Virus record (IMG/VR): IMGVR_UViG_3300044858_000598
Coordinates: 1 to 26,029 of that record
Reading direction: 5' to 3' (one strand)
Length of the DNA stretch: 26,029 bases
From: a virus
Lineage: Duplodnaviria > Caudoviricetes
This document shows, one piece after another, positions 7,046 through 15,075 of this stretch. A program made the translations under genes and the position numbers. Positions within the stretch are counted from its first letter, which is position 1. Each line of letters starts with the position of its first letter. A model generated the notes under the pieces. The model was given only the letters and a program-made list of their open reading frames with translations. It was not told the origin of the DNA and made no database searches.

Positions 7046-7212
7046 TGTTCTACAACGGATTTACTTTGTTGATGCAGATCCTTGCGGGTCTAACTGCATA
7101 CTGGGTTGGTAACTATTATGGTTACCAACGAGGTAAGACAGAGATGTATCAGACATTAAAGAATCTAGACGCAAAGAGTAGAGAGTTCTTCTCTACCGTA
7201 TCCAAGAAATAA
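7045..7212 (+). CDS. Small membrane-anchored protein, 55 aa (MFYNGFTLLMQILAGLTAYWVGNYYGYQRGK...)
   Basis: Manually translated; AGGAG RBS, TAATG overlap, N-terminal hydrophobic helix. Confidence 0.75.
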   Translation: MFYNGFTLLMQILAGLTAYWVGNYYGYQRGKTEMYQTLKNLDAKSREFFSTVSKK

Positions 7213-7215
7213 ACT

Positions 7216-7248
7216 AAAGGCGGGGGCGTTATGCCTCCGCCTTTTTTT
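7216..7248 (+). terminator. Intrinsic terminator between convergent operons, possibly bidirectional
   Basis: AAA-GGCGGGGGC-GTTAT-GCCTCCGCC-TTTTTTT. Confidence 0.8.
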
Positions 7249-7951
7249 CTTTCCCTCGTGCAGCCATGTTGGTTACCCAATATAATTTATAGAAGTCTTC
7301 ATCAAATGCAAATCGTTTCATGTGTTGAACTGTTGCTCCAGTGTGAGCATAAAGTGGGATGCCAGCTTCCTTCATTAACATGAAGAACTGAATGTCTTCC
7401 GATATAAACTGATCGTCTTCACCAGTAGAACTCTCCATAAACAATGGTCTTTTACCATGAACCTTACGCATCTTGTCAGCCACTGATCTGTGCATGAGAA
7501 AGAATCCATAGCCAGCGTAATCAACCTTGACCATAGCGTTTGGTTCAAGTGGATGAGCGTATGACATTACATATTTATCTGTGGGATGGGCTATAAACAG
7601 CGCAGGGTATGGCTCCATAAGTGCCTGCTCATTCTGTTTAGATATGAAGTATGTGCCAGTAACTGCTGGTCTTTCTTTAGCATCAGCCATAGCCCAGAGT
7701 TTATGAGCAGCATCGTTCGTAAGAACGATGTCTGAATCTATCCATAAGATCCATTCGATATCTGTTTGTTGATGCCATGTATCAAATGCTGTTTGTCTTT
7801 GTCTGCCTATCTGATTACCTTGTACACGTTGGGCTGATGCAATGGGCAAACCACTGGTTAGAATTGTATACACCAATCCTTGCGTAAACTTTCCATCAGT
7901 GGTGCCATTGTCGCACCAAGTAATCATGATTCTATCTTTAGCTTTTGACAT
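7229..7951 (-). CDS. GT-A fold (family 2-like) glycosyltransferase
   Basis: IGRQRQ...WILWIDSDI (DxD motif), GYGFFLMHR, SEDIQF, ATVQH motifs. Confidence 0.8.
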   Translation of the reverse strand: MSKAKDRIMITWCDNGTTDGKFTQGLVYTILTSGLPIASAQRVQGNQIGRQRQTAFDTWHQQTDIEWILWIDSDIVLTNDAAHKLWAMADAKERPAVTGTYFISKQNEQALMEPYPALFIAHPTDKYVMSYAHPLEPNAMVKVDYAGYGFFLMHRSVADKMRKVHGKRPLFMESSTGEDDQFISEDIQFFMLMKEAGIPLYAHTGATVQHMKRFAFDEDFYKLYWVTNMAARGKEKKAEA

Positions 7952-8111
7952 GGTCACCACCCCATCCTCCACCTTTAAAGTGAATGGCTGGTGGTGTAAA
8001 TACTTTAGTCAGTGTGACATCACATCTCTCACACTTAGGGAACGGATCATCGGTAATGATTAGTTCAACGACTGATTCACAGTTCATACATTTGAAGTCA
8101 AAGGTTGGCAC
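7938..8111 (-). CDS. FmdB-family zinc-ribbon protein, 57 aa (MPTFDFKCMNC...CERC...PAIHFKGGGWG)
   Basis: Manually translated from GTG 8111; MPxxxxxCxxC...CxxC...FKGxGW signature. Confidence 0.85.
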   Translation of the reverse strand: MPTFDFKCMNCESVVELIITDDPFPKCERCDVTLTKVFTPPAIHFKGGGWGGDHVKS

Positions 8112-8272
8112 TATTTCTTTTTCTTTCTTGCTACCACTGCATTATCAATTAAGTTTGGGTATGGTCTACCTGCTGCCTTAGCACGAGCACGTGCTTCAGC
8201 TTTCTGTTCAGGTGTTAGTGGTGTTGATGTCTTCTTTGGATTAGTTGTTTTCCAAAATGGTTTCTTCTTCAT
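8111..8272 (-). CDS. Small basic protein, 53 aa (...ARARAKAAGRPYPNLIDN...)
   Basis: ATG 8272 in TAATG overlap with sigma factor stop; Lys/Arg rich. Confidence 0.75.
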   Translation of the reverse strand: MKKKPFWKTTNPKKTSTPLTPEQKAEARARAKAAGRPYPNLIDNAVVARKKKK

Positions 8273-8910
8273 TAGTACGGTGTCATCCCTCCGAGTTTGT
8301 CTGCTATATCTTTTATTCCTTTGGCAACCAATTGTTCCACACGCTGAGGTGAGATATCCCAAGCCTCGGCTATGTCTGCAAGTGGCATGTCGTTAACAAA
8401 CCTAGATGTCAGGATGCCTTGCATTCTGGGATCTAGTTTCTTCATTGCTCTGGATACATCAGCAATCATCGCTGCCAGATTGTTGCCTTCATTGGCTGGC
8501 TTCTTAGCCTTGACTCCATGTATATCTGGATCAAAGACTTGGTTAGCCAAGTATGATTCATTAGTACCAGCAACTTTAATTAAGTTCTCAATTAAATCTA
8601 AGCGATAGAAGTACTCATCACCTAGTTCATAACCAAGTGTGCGAGCCTTCTCTTTGCGAGCGTATCGCTCGCCAGCCCTACGCATGAACGTAGTGAATGC
8701 TTTATATCCCTGTTTAATTTCAATAGGATCTTCACGAATTAAATACTCAGCAACTTTATCTCTGCGTTTCCAAGCATACTCATTCATTGCCTGTCTAATA
8801 TCTTCAAGCTCTACAAATCTATGGTAACGCTTGGATAAACCCCAAGCCAAAGATATATTAATCTCATTAACTTCATCCCATATTGGATGATCACGGTTTA
8901 ACTCAGTCAT
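8272..8910 (-). CDS. Phage-encoded sigma-70-like (ECF-size) RNA polymerase sigma factor
   Basis: Region-2-like N terminus (ELEDIRQ...W) and region 4 HTH: LDPRMQGILTSRFVNDMPLADIAEAWDISPQRVEQLVAKGI. Confidence 0.75.
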   Translation of the reverse strand: MTELNRDHPIWDEVNEINISLAWGLSKRYHRFVELEDIRQAMNEYAWKRRDKVAEYLIREDPIEIKQGYKAFTTFMRRAGERYARKEKARTLGYELGDEYFYRLDLIENLIKVAGTNESYLANQVFDPDIHGVKAKKPANEGNNLAAMIADVSRAMKKLDPRMQGILTSRFVNDMPLADIAEAWDISPQRVEQLVAKGIKDIADKLGGMTPY

Positions 8911-9190
8911 GTTCTTTAATTAAATATGCATGCGCTGCCATTAACATCTCTGGATCATCGTTAAGTAAACCTAGTACTCTATTGTGAGGCGAACACAAGA
9001 GACCCCGCACCTTGCCAGTCTCATGATCATGATCAATATCAAGAGCACGATGTGTATATGATTTACCACAGATGTAACATCCGCCGTTTTGTTCTTCAAG
9101 CATACGATTATAATCATCAACACTTATTCCATAAGAACGGATCCTTGAGATCCGTTGCTCTTCGTAAGTCTTATTCCGATTTCTTGGCAT
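8903..9190 (-). CDS. Recombination endonuclease VII family protein
   Basis: QNGGCYICG...LDIDHDHETGKVRGLLCSPHNRVLG. Confidence 0.9.
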   Translation of the reverse strand: MPRNRNKTYEEQRISRIRSYGISVDDYNRMLEEQNGGCYICGKSYTHRALDIDHDHETGKVRGLLCSPHNRVLGLLNDDPEMLMAAHAYLIKEHD

Positions 9191-9494
9191 GCTTAGCCCA
9201 TACCCCACGCTGCACCATCAATGCAATGATTGCGTAGTTTGCAATATCAACAAACGAATCTTCTAATGATTCGTTATTAGGTTTAACATTCTTATATATC
9301 AGATTCTTTAATCGCTCCAACTTGTCTGACATACGAACCATTAACCCATTGGTTGCACCACCAGGTGCATTCCAGATATTGAATGGACCATAATCTATTT
9401 GTTTCTTTACAAGAACTGCCAGCAACTCATCATATATTTTCTGAGCATCCTCTTCGAACTCGAGGATTAGCTGGTCTGATTTTTCAGTCGCCAA
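9171..9494 (-). CDS. DUF1599 / nucleotide-modification-associated domain 1 protein
   Basis: KKQIDYG...GLMVRMSDKLERL...ESLEDSFVDIANYAII. Confidence 0.8.
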   Translation of the reverse strand: MATEKSDQLILEFEEDAQKIYDELLAVLVKKQIDYGPFNIWNAPGGATNGLMVRMSDKLERLKNLIYKNVKPNNESLEDSFVDIANYAIIALMVQRGVWAKHAKKSE

Positions 9495-9506
9495 CGGAGC
9501 ACCTTT

Positions 9507-10151
9507 CTAGTTAATTGCATTGACTAAGTCAGTCAATGCTTGCGCTCCTTGGTTACAAATTATACTATTAACATCACTGTCAGGTGGTAGCGACACACGC
9601 ACCGCTTGAGGTATTGCATCTTGTAATCTTCTAGCTAATTCCTGCCCAGGATTTGATCCATCTTCTTTAGCATCATTGTCAGTACAGATTACTACCGTAC
9701 CTATCCCATCAAAGCAACGAGCAAAGTGAGGCTTCCAAGCGTTAACTCCTGCAACAGCGACAGCAGGATGACCAATAAGTGTTGCACTGATTGCATCTAT
9801 TTCTCCTTCTACTATTAGAACTTTATTAATGGCGTTGAGTATTGCATCAACATTATATAGGTGGTGCTTCTGACCAGTAGGTATCATGTACTTAGGATCT
9901 CCGCCGTCGATACGACGGAACTTAAACCCAACCACACCAGCCTCAGTTATATATGGAATAGATAAATGGTTCTTGATTCTATCCTCATGTCCAGGTGCTA
10001 CCTCTGATACATACCCAAGCATGAACCGACTAGCACCATCAAGAATCCCACGCTCTTTTAAGTAAGCCTCTGCTGGTGAACCAGCAAGAGCATCGTGGTA
10101 TTGCTTGGCTGCCCTAGTCCAGAGTTCAATTAGCTTTGGATTAGTTCTCAT
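9507..10151 (-). CDS. DNA primase, catalytic/Toprim part
   Basis: LSIPY...GFKFRRI...PKY, IVEGEIDAIS, CTDNDA, DVN motifs; lacks a Zn finger. Confidence 0.9.
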   Translation of the reverse strand: MRTNPKLIELWTRAAKQYHDALAGSPAEAYLKERGILDGASRFMLGYVSEVAPGHEDRIKNHLSIPYITEAGVVGFKFRRIDGGDPKYMIPTGQKHHLYNVDAILNAINKVLIVEGEIDAISATLIGHPAVAVAGVNAWKPHFARCFDGIGTVVICTDNDAKEDGSNPGQELARRLQDAIPQAVRVSLPPDSDVNSIICNQGAQALTDLVNAIN

Positions 10152-10347
10152 CCCACTCCTGCTTCGCCCATTGGGTGATGTTAATATAAAATATTAGGAA
10201 ATCAAAACGTATTACTCTGGCATCTACATACTCAATCAAGTCAAGAGAATCTAAATCTTCATATACTGAAGTCATAGTATGGTAATTGATACCAAGACCC
10301 CAACAATAAAGACGGTTGAACCCTGCATATAAACTAAGTCTTCCCAC
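10141..10347 (-). CDS. Hypothetical protein, 68 aa
   Basis: GTG start overlapping upstream TAG, AGGAG RBS; fills the gap exactly. Confidence 0.65.
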   Translation of the reverse strand: MGRLSLYAGFNRLYCWGLGINYHTMTSVYEDLDSLDLIEYVDARVIRFDFLIFYINITQWAKQEWDEN

Positions 10348-10880
10348 TATCTCTTCTCCTGCCTGTGCATTATGAATGGAGGTGCAGTATACACATCATT
10401 CTTCGCTGCTATCTGCAACGCCTTACGCCAAGTTGCGCCTTGTTGTACCGCACCAACTGCGTAAGAAGATCCTGATCCTATCCCATATATACCATCATCA
10501 CGTAAGAATACCGAGAAGGTATCATCTACTTCATAGATGATCCCATTAACTGCAATTAAAAATAAAAACTCATAGTCATCTGACTTATCATCTGCTACCC
10601 AGCCATTCTCCTTTAAAGCTTCACGCATACTTGGAACTATATCTGTAATCATAAAATGATATTGATCCTTGATTGAAGGTGGTAGTGCTGGTGGTTTCCA
10701 GATGTGTTGGATCGTATCGCATGGCATAGTCGTGCCAGCTCCTGCAATTAAATACTTACCACGCTTGGTAATCTTTGTAATAATAGGATGAGAGTATGGT
10801 CTGCCCTTCTCTGTAGTTGTACGAGAGTCGGCTGCGATAACGCAGTGATCATTCTTTTGTATACCAATAATGGTTGTCAT
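10347..10880 (-). CDS. Ntn-hydrolase, proteasome beta-subunit/HslV-like protease
   Basis: M-TTIIG...AADSRTT...KI...AGAG...GIGSGSSYA; Thr1, Asp17 and Lys35 after Met removal. Confidence 0.85.
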   Translation of the reverse strand: MTTIIGIQKNDHCVIAADSRTTTEKGRPYSHPIITKITKRGKYLIAGAGTTMPCDTIQHIWKPPALPPSIKDQYHFMITDIVPSMREALKENGWVADDKSDDYEFLFLIAVNGIIYEVDDTFSVFLRDDGIYGIGSGSSYAVGAVQQGATWRKALQIAAKNDVYTAPPFIMHRQEKR

Positions 10881-11209
10881 TACTTCCGCAATCTTGGCGG
10901 TGTCCACCGACCATTGGTTCGTCTTCTGCCACGCATAGGCGTGGCAAACTCTTTACTCTTTTCTGATCCTATGTTTTTCTCTGCCCACTTACGAGCCTCT
11001 GAGTATGTTAGCTTCTCACGAGCCATGACTATCTGTATACCAGAGCCACTACCATGACAGGCATAACATACCCAGACACCCTTATCTGAATTAACTGAAG
11101 CAGACTTACGTGAATCATCATGCACAGGACAGAGAATAGATTTCTCACCTTGTGGCAAGGTTAAACCATAATGATTAAAGACTGCTTCAAGAAATTCAGG
11201 TTGATTCAT
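10880..11209 (-). CDS. DNA primase zinc-binding domain (CHC2 type), stand-alone
   Basis: CPVHDDSRKSASVN...WVCYACHGSG. Confidence 0.9.
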   Translation of the reverse strand: MNQPEFLEAVFNHYGLTLPQGEKSILCPVHDDSRKSASVNSDKGVWVCYACHGSGSGIQIVMAREKLTYSEARKWAEKNIGSEKSKEFATPMRGRRRTNGRWTPPRLRK

Positions 11210-11587
11210 TTAATACCAATTCCTTTCTTGATGGAACGACCAAGCCTCGCACCAAGTTCCGTATCGATGAAGCACATACTTGTGTGCTTCTGATGTCTGT
11301 TTTAGTATGGACCAATCTGGTTTTCCCCAGAGTAACTGCCATACTCCACGAGCACCACTCGATTTGTTGTACGAGTCGATGTTGTAACGGCTCTCTTTGT
11401 ACGCAATCTTCTTCGCACAAGCAGCCTCTCGTTTGTCTGTTGTTACCGTGCTTATTGCCAACATTAAAGCTTCTTCCTTGTTCAATGTCGGGAGAACTTT
11501 CTCCACTGTTAGAACTGGGGATGTGGCTAACGCTGGTGTTGATATTACTATCAACATAGTTAATACGGTCATTATCTTCAACCGCAT
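11210..11587 (-). CDS. Secreted lysozyme-fold lytic transglycosylase (SLT-like)
   Basis: Signal peptide ending ALA; IAYKESRYN...SGARGVWQLL...YVLHRYG...AW. Confidence 0.8.
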   Translation of the reverse strand: MRLKIMTVLTMLIVISTPALATSPVLTVEKVLPTLNKEEALMLAISTVTTDKREAACAKKIAYKESRYNIDSYNKSSGARGVWQLLWGKPDWSILKQTSEAHKYVLHRYGTWCEAWSFHQERNWY

Positions 11588-11625
11588 AGTTACCTCTTTT
11601 CATCTGATAACTAACTGTCACCTTG

Positions 11626-11979
11626 TTATCTATGTCCATTGTAACCTGCCTGTTTTAGCAGATCGACCCAGAGTTGCGCTGGCATTACTGCATACGACTC
11701 TGAGACATTTGTAGTGCCACGCTTTTTTACTAGCACCACTCCAGTCTCGGCATCTGCATGAGTCATTTCATTGTCTAACTCTTTTAGATACCCAGAGAGA
11801 TCTATCTTTTTTTCATTCTTACATTCTACTACAACACCATCTATTCCATCAATGTCACCAACATCATCATGACGACCTGCACCATACGCCCGCTCAGCAC
11901 AAGGGAAACCATTAGCGACTAACCACTTAGCTACATCACGCTCATACTGCGAGCCTTTACGTTTACTTGGTGTTGACAT
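11626..11979 (-). CDS. Holliday junction resolvase (PD-(D/E)XK, Hjc-like)
   Basis: KRKGSQYERDV...DVGDIDG...VVECKN. Confidence 0.85.
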   Translation of the reverse strand: MSTPSKRKGSQYERDVAKWLVANGFPCAERAYGAGRHDDVGDIDGIDGVVVECKNEKKIDLSGYLKELDNEMTHADAETGVVLVKKRGTTNVSESYAVMPAQLWVDLLKQAGYNGHR

Positions 11980-12238
11980 AATGATTCACTAATATCTGTT
12001 CAACTTCTATACCAAGTTTTTTTCTCATCCGCATTCTTTCTCTAGGTGAAGTGCCACCCCATATACCAAATGATTCGTGAGCAAGACCCCACTCTAAACA
12101 AGCTTGCATTACTGGACACTCCTTACAGATTGCTTTAGCTTTCCGTTCTTCACTACTAGATGCAGTGCTATGTTCTTGGTAAAAAAATTCTACTCCGATA
12201 CCTCTGCAAGTTGCACTAGTGAAGTCTGGATATTTCAT
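11963..12238 (-). CDS. whiB: WhiB-family Fe-S transcription regulator
   Basis: C...FF...AKAICKECPVMQACL...GIWGGTSPRER. Confidence 0.95.
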   Translation of the reverse strand: MKYPDFTSATCRGIGVEFFYQEHSTASSSEERKAKAICKECPVMQACLEWGLAHESFGIWGGTSPRERMRMRKKLGIEVEQILVNHYVNTK

Positions 12239-12737
12239 TAACAAGCACCTCTATTGGTTGTAGTTGATCAGCGTCCATTACTAATCGAGTGCCGTAACCA
12301 TAGTCATGTAAGTAATGATTAGCAAGAAAATTTTCTCGTGTTGTCCAACCAATAACATCAAACAAACTATCCACATGTGGAAGTTGTTTATCCCCAGAAA
12401 ACTTTACAAGTACAGCCAGATCAGAAACAAATAACTCTGGTGCATTAAATATTAATTGCGGTAGTGTCGACGTCTTAACCTGTATAGATCTTCCCAATAC
12501 CGTTTGGAGGTCGTTTCCGTTATCACCGCCAGGCGTAATCGTGTTATCCGTCGGTAGCCCAAGGAACCTAGCACATGCCACCTCACCCAAGCGACCCATA
12601 AGATTGACGGAATACGAGGAATTATTTTTATCAAACTTACGATCCGTAACATCAAACTCCTTCTTGTTCTTTCTAACCCTGTGGATAAACCTAAGTGAAT
12701 CCATAATCTCATCTTCAGTTAATTCTATTACTGCCAT
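12216..12737 (-). CDS. Putative restriction-endonuclease-fold (PD-(D/E)XK-like) protein
   Basis: GRLGEVA...GDNGNDL...SIQVKT pattern. Confidence 0.55.
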   Translation of the reverse strand: MAVIELTEDEIMDSLRFIHRVRKNKKEFDVTDRKFDKNNSSYSVNLMGRLGEVACARFLGLPTDNTITPGGDNGNDLQTVLGRSIQVKTSTLPQLIFNAPELFVSDLAVLVKFSGDKQLPHVDSLFDVIGWTTRENFLANHYLHDYGYGTRLVMDADQLQPIEVLVNEISRLH

Positions 12738-13561
12738 TGTCTCATTGTCCTTGCTCTTTGCAGTTCAGCAGGAGAGTTATATAAACTCATATGACTTGGT
12801 TCAACAGATAAAGTTACATAGTTCTCTGCTGTTGGATCAGCCTTACCATGGCGATTCTTTACAACAGCAACTCTATATGCATTGGCTATACCATCTAACG
12901 CTACGCTCAGTACCAGTTCAGGTAAGGCGGAGACCTTACCCATTAAAGCTTTACGTGGTGCTGGGTAGTTAGGCTTAGACATCTTTTCATTTTCAGATAC
13001 ATGGTGTAGAACTACGAATGCTGATTCATATTCTCTAGCCATGTAATGGAATGCAGACATTGCATCACGCAATGCTGTCCACTCATTGTCGCTAACTGCA
13101 GCGACGTTCATTAAGTTATCAATATAAATTGCTGATGGTGGAGCACCGTGCAATTCAATCCAAGCTTCAATCTCTTCTTCGATATCTTGTAAAGAAGGAG
13201 ACGGATCAAAACTAAATCGAATATGCCCAGCACCATCAGCCAGTGCATCTTCTAGGAGGACAGATGCCTCCGAGTCCATCATTCTTTCCACATCAGTTAC
13301 TGATCTATCCATAAGGATTGCGCCTGCACGAAGAGCAATCGTTCGAGAATCAGAGTCTGCTGAAAAATATAAGGCTGGAGTTTTAGATGTAATTGCGTAC
13401 CATAAAGCAAGCATGGTTTTACCACCACCTGGTTGCGCTGCAACCAAATGTAATTGTGCCTGACGGAATACAACTTGGTTGCTGGTGAGTTGAGGAAGAA
13501 TCTCAGGAAGGGCATGCCCTGCTGGAGATTCCACTCCTACTACTTGCAATAAGGTACGCAT
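12728..13561 (-). CDS. DnaB/RecA-fold replicative helicase
   Basis: Walker A AQPGGGKT, YFSAD, IYIDNL, VLHH, VKNRHG. Confidence 0.9.
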   Translation of the reverse strand: MRTLLQVVGVESPAGHALPEILPQLTSNQVVFRQAQLHLVAAQPGGGKTMLALWYAITSKTPALYFSADSDSRTIALRAGAILMDRSVTDVERMMDSEASVLLEDALADGAGHIRFSFDPSPSLQDIEEEIEAWIELHGAPPSAIYIDNLMNVAAVSDNEWTALRDAMSAFHYMAREYESAFVVLHHVSENEKMSKPNYPAPRKALMGKVSALPELVLSVALDGIANAYRVAVVKNRHGKADPTAENYVTLSVEPSHMSLYNSPAELQRARTMRQWQ

Positions 13562-13564
13562 GGA

Positions 13565-14014
13565 TTACTTAGTCCAGATTGTTTCGGCTTCTACTGCGCC
13601 TACTGTAAATGGCTTTGGTCCTTTTGCAGGATCAAACCAACCTACATAGTTTTTGCCAGCTTTGGATACGCCCTTCTTCTTAGCGTACTTGCCACGACCA
13701 TCTGGTAGATCTGGAGCATCTGGGTGTCCATATGTCCATTCATTGTTGTACTTATCTTTGACAACCTCAATAGAGGTAGGTCCAGAACTAACTACTGTTG
13801 GATTTAATCCAGCATTAGTTAATGCTTGTACCGTTTTATCCATTGATGTCATGCCACCACGACCACCTAGTGCGATCTGTAGTTCAGTTGCTGCCTTGAT
13901 TGCCTCAACTGCAGCTTGCATGTTGGTAGCAAACTCCTCAGCACTATCACCTCTTACGGTGAATAAGTCTGTGCTGTTTAGTTTACCTGTATACGAGAAC
14001 TTAGATTCAGTCAT
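13565..14014 (-). CDS. Hypothetical replication-module protein (possible ssDNA-binding or recombination accessory)
   Basis: Lies between exonuclease and helicase; GAAAGGA RBS; C-terminal KKGVSKAGKNYVGWF; function is inference. Confidence 0.7.
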   Translation of the reverse strand: MTESKFSYTGKLNSTDLFTVRGDSAEEFATNMQAAVEAIKAATELQIALGGRGGMTSMDKTVQALTNAGLNPTVVSSGPTSIEVVKDKYNNEWTYGHPDAPDLPDGRGKYAKKKGVSKAGKNYVGWFDPAKGPKPFTVGAVEAETIWTK

Positions 14015-14020
14015 CTATGT

Positions 14021-14698
14021 TCATCCTTTCTTTCCCTTGGTTGTTGGTATTTTCAGTGGGAAATCTGTACCGCCCATCGCTGGGCATTGAGATTGGAATG
14101 AACACATCCGACATGAATCACCGACGGATGGTGGAAACCATCCGTTCAATACCGAATGGTTCATTGCACCAAATACATATTCAAAATAATCTATTGTAAG
14201 GTGCGACAGATCTATAAGATCGTCAAGCGTACCTTGTCTTGTCATAAAGAATGCGCCCCACTTAGGGCGAACACCTAAAGCTTTTTCAATACCAGAGGCA
14301 TACAAGCCTGCTTGGATCATACCGAATGGTGTCCTAGAACCTGTCTTGTAATCAACGATTACCAAGTCTTCCCCTACTTGGTAGATCGCATCAACAATAA
14401 AGCGAACTGGTGTTCCCCCGAAGTGAACATCTGCTGCCCATTCAATTCCAGGACGACCATCAGGCATCGTAGCAATTTGCCAACCAGAAGACTCGTACCA
14501 TTTCTGGTACGCCTCTACCTGCTTGAGTCCATCGCTTTGCCAGAACGATAGATCTTCTCCGTCTGGGCGTAAGGTGGTCTTACGTCCAGCCGTCTTCCAC
14601 TCTGTCGAGGGAATACCAGATTTCTCTTCGGTCTCCTTGACGGCATCATTAAATACCTCAAGCCACTTCTGTGTCAAATCAATAGAGTTCATCATCAC
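14021..14698 (-). CDS. RecB/Cas4-like PD-(D/E)XK exonuclease, C-terminal catalytic part
   Basis: IE...IVDAI...IVDYKTG...QAGLYA...CRMCSFQSQC. Confidence 0.9.
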   Translation of the reverse strand: MMMNSIDLTQKWLEVFNDAVKETEEKSGIPSTEWKTAGRKTTLRPDGEDLSFWQSDGLKQVEAYQKWYESSGWQIATMPDGRPGIEWAADVHFGGTPVRFIVDAIYQVGEDLVIVDYKTGSRTPFGMIQAGLYASGIEKALGVRPKWGAFFMTRQGTLDDLIDLSHLTIDYFEYVFGAMNHSVLNGWFPPSVGDSCRMCSFQSQCPAMGGTDFPLKIPTTKGKKG

Positions 14699-14903
14699 CC
14701 TCTTTGTAATCAGGGTTATCCACAGGGGTAGGTGCGGTCATAGGCGAACCGCAGTTCGCACAGAAAGAATCAAGGAACCACATAACCAATTCATAGTCAT
14801 TAAAGATTGCACGAATAACCTGTATGTTTGAGCCACAGTTGATACACTCATTGCTTGGTATACCACGTTGATCAATTGTCAAGTTGCTTCTTATAGAACT
14901 CAT
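14679..14903 (-). CDS. Zinc-ribbon protein lying between the exonuclease halves
   Basis: CINCGS...CANCGS...TAPTPVD; start is ATG 14903 or TTG 14882. Confidence 0.75.
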   Translation of the reverse strand: MSSIRSNLTIDQRGIPSNECINCGSNIQVIRAIFNDYELVMWFLDSFCANCGSPMTAPTPVDNPDYKEGDDELY

Positions 14904-15063
14904 GGTTGAGCCACTCCAGCATGGAGTGGACAGCTGAACCAGCAGCAAGATATACCGCAGGTTTCTCTGGAACCATAGCTACTTTGCTAAGATAGTATTT
15001 CTGTGGGCAGGATTGCCAAGTAGATAACTGGCTATAGGATCTATGCGGAGGAAGTTCATTCAT
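14872..15063 (-). CDS. RecB/Cas4-like exonuclease, N-terminal part, 63 aa
   Basis: SYSQLSTWQSCPQKYYL...AGSAVHSMLE is the typical N-terminal motif of this nuclease family. Confidence 0.85.
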   Translation of the reverse strand: MNELPPHRSYSQLSTWQSCPQKYYLSKVAMVPEKPAVYLAAGSAVHSMLEWLNHEFYKKQLDN

Positions 15064-15075
15064 ACCAGAAGAGTA
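15064..15075 (-). promoter_or_regulatory. Putative -10 box for a leaderless transcript of the replication operon
   Basis: TACTCT (TANNNT) 6 nt upstream of ATG 15063; no RBS visible. Confidence 0.5.

Noticed and set aside
8975-9000. Endonuclease VII CxxH instead of CxxC as a sign of inactivation
   Set aside because: His can still ligate zinc, and the catalytic DH and N residues are intact
14699-14871. Self-splicing intron or intein interrupting the exonuclease
   Set aside because: The interval is short and fully occupied by a coupled zinc-ribbon ORF; no group I/II core or intein motifs recognised
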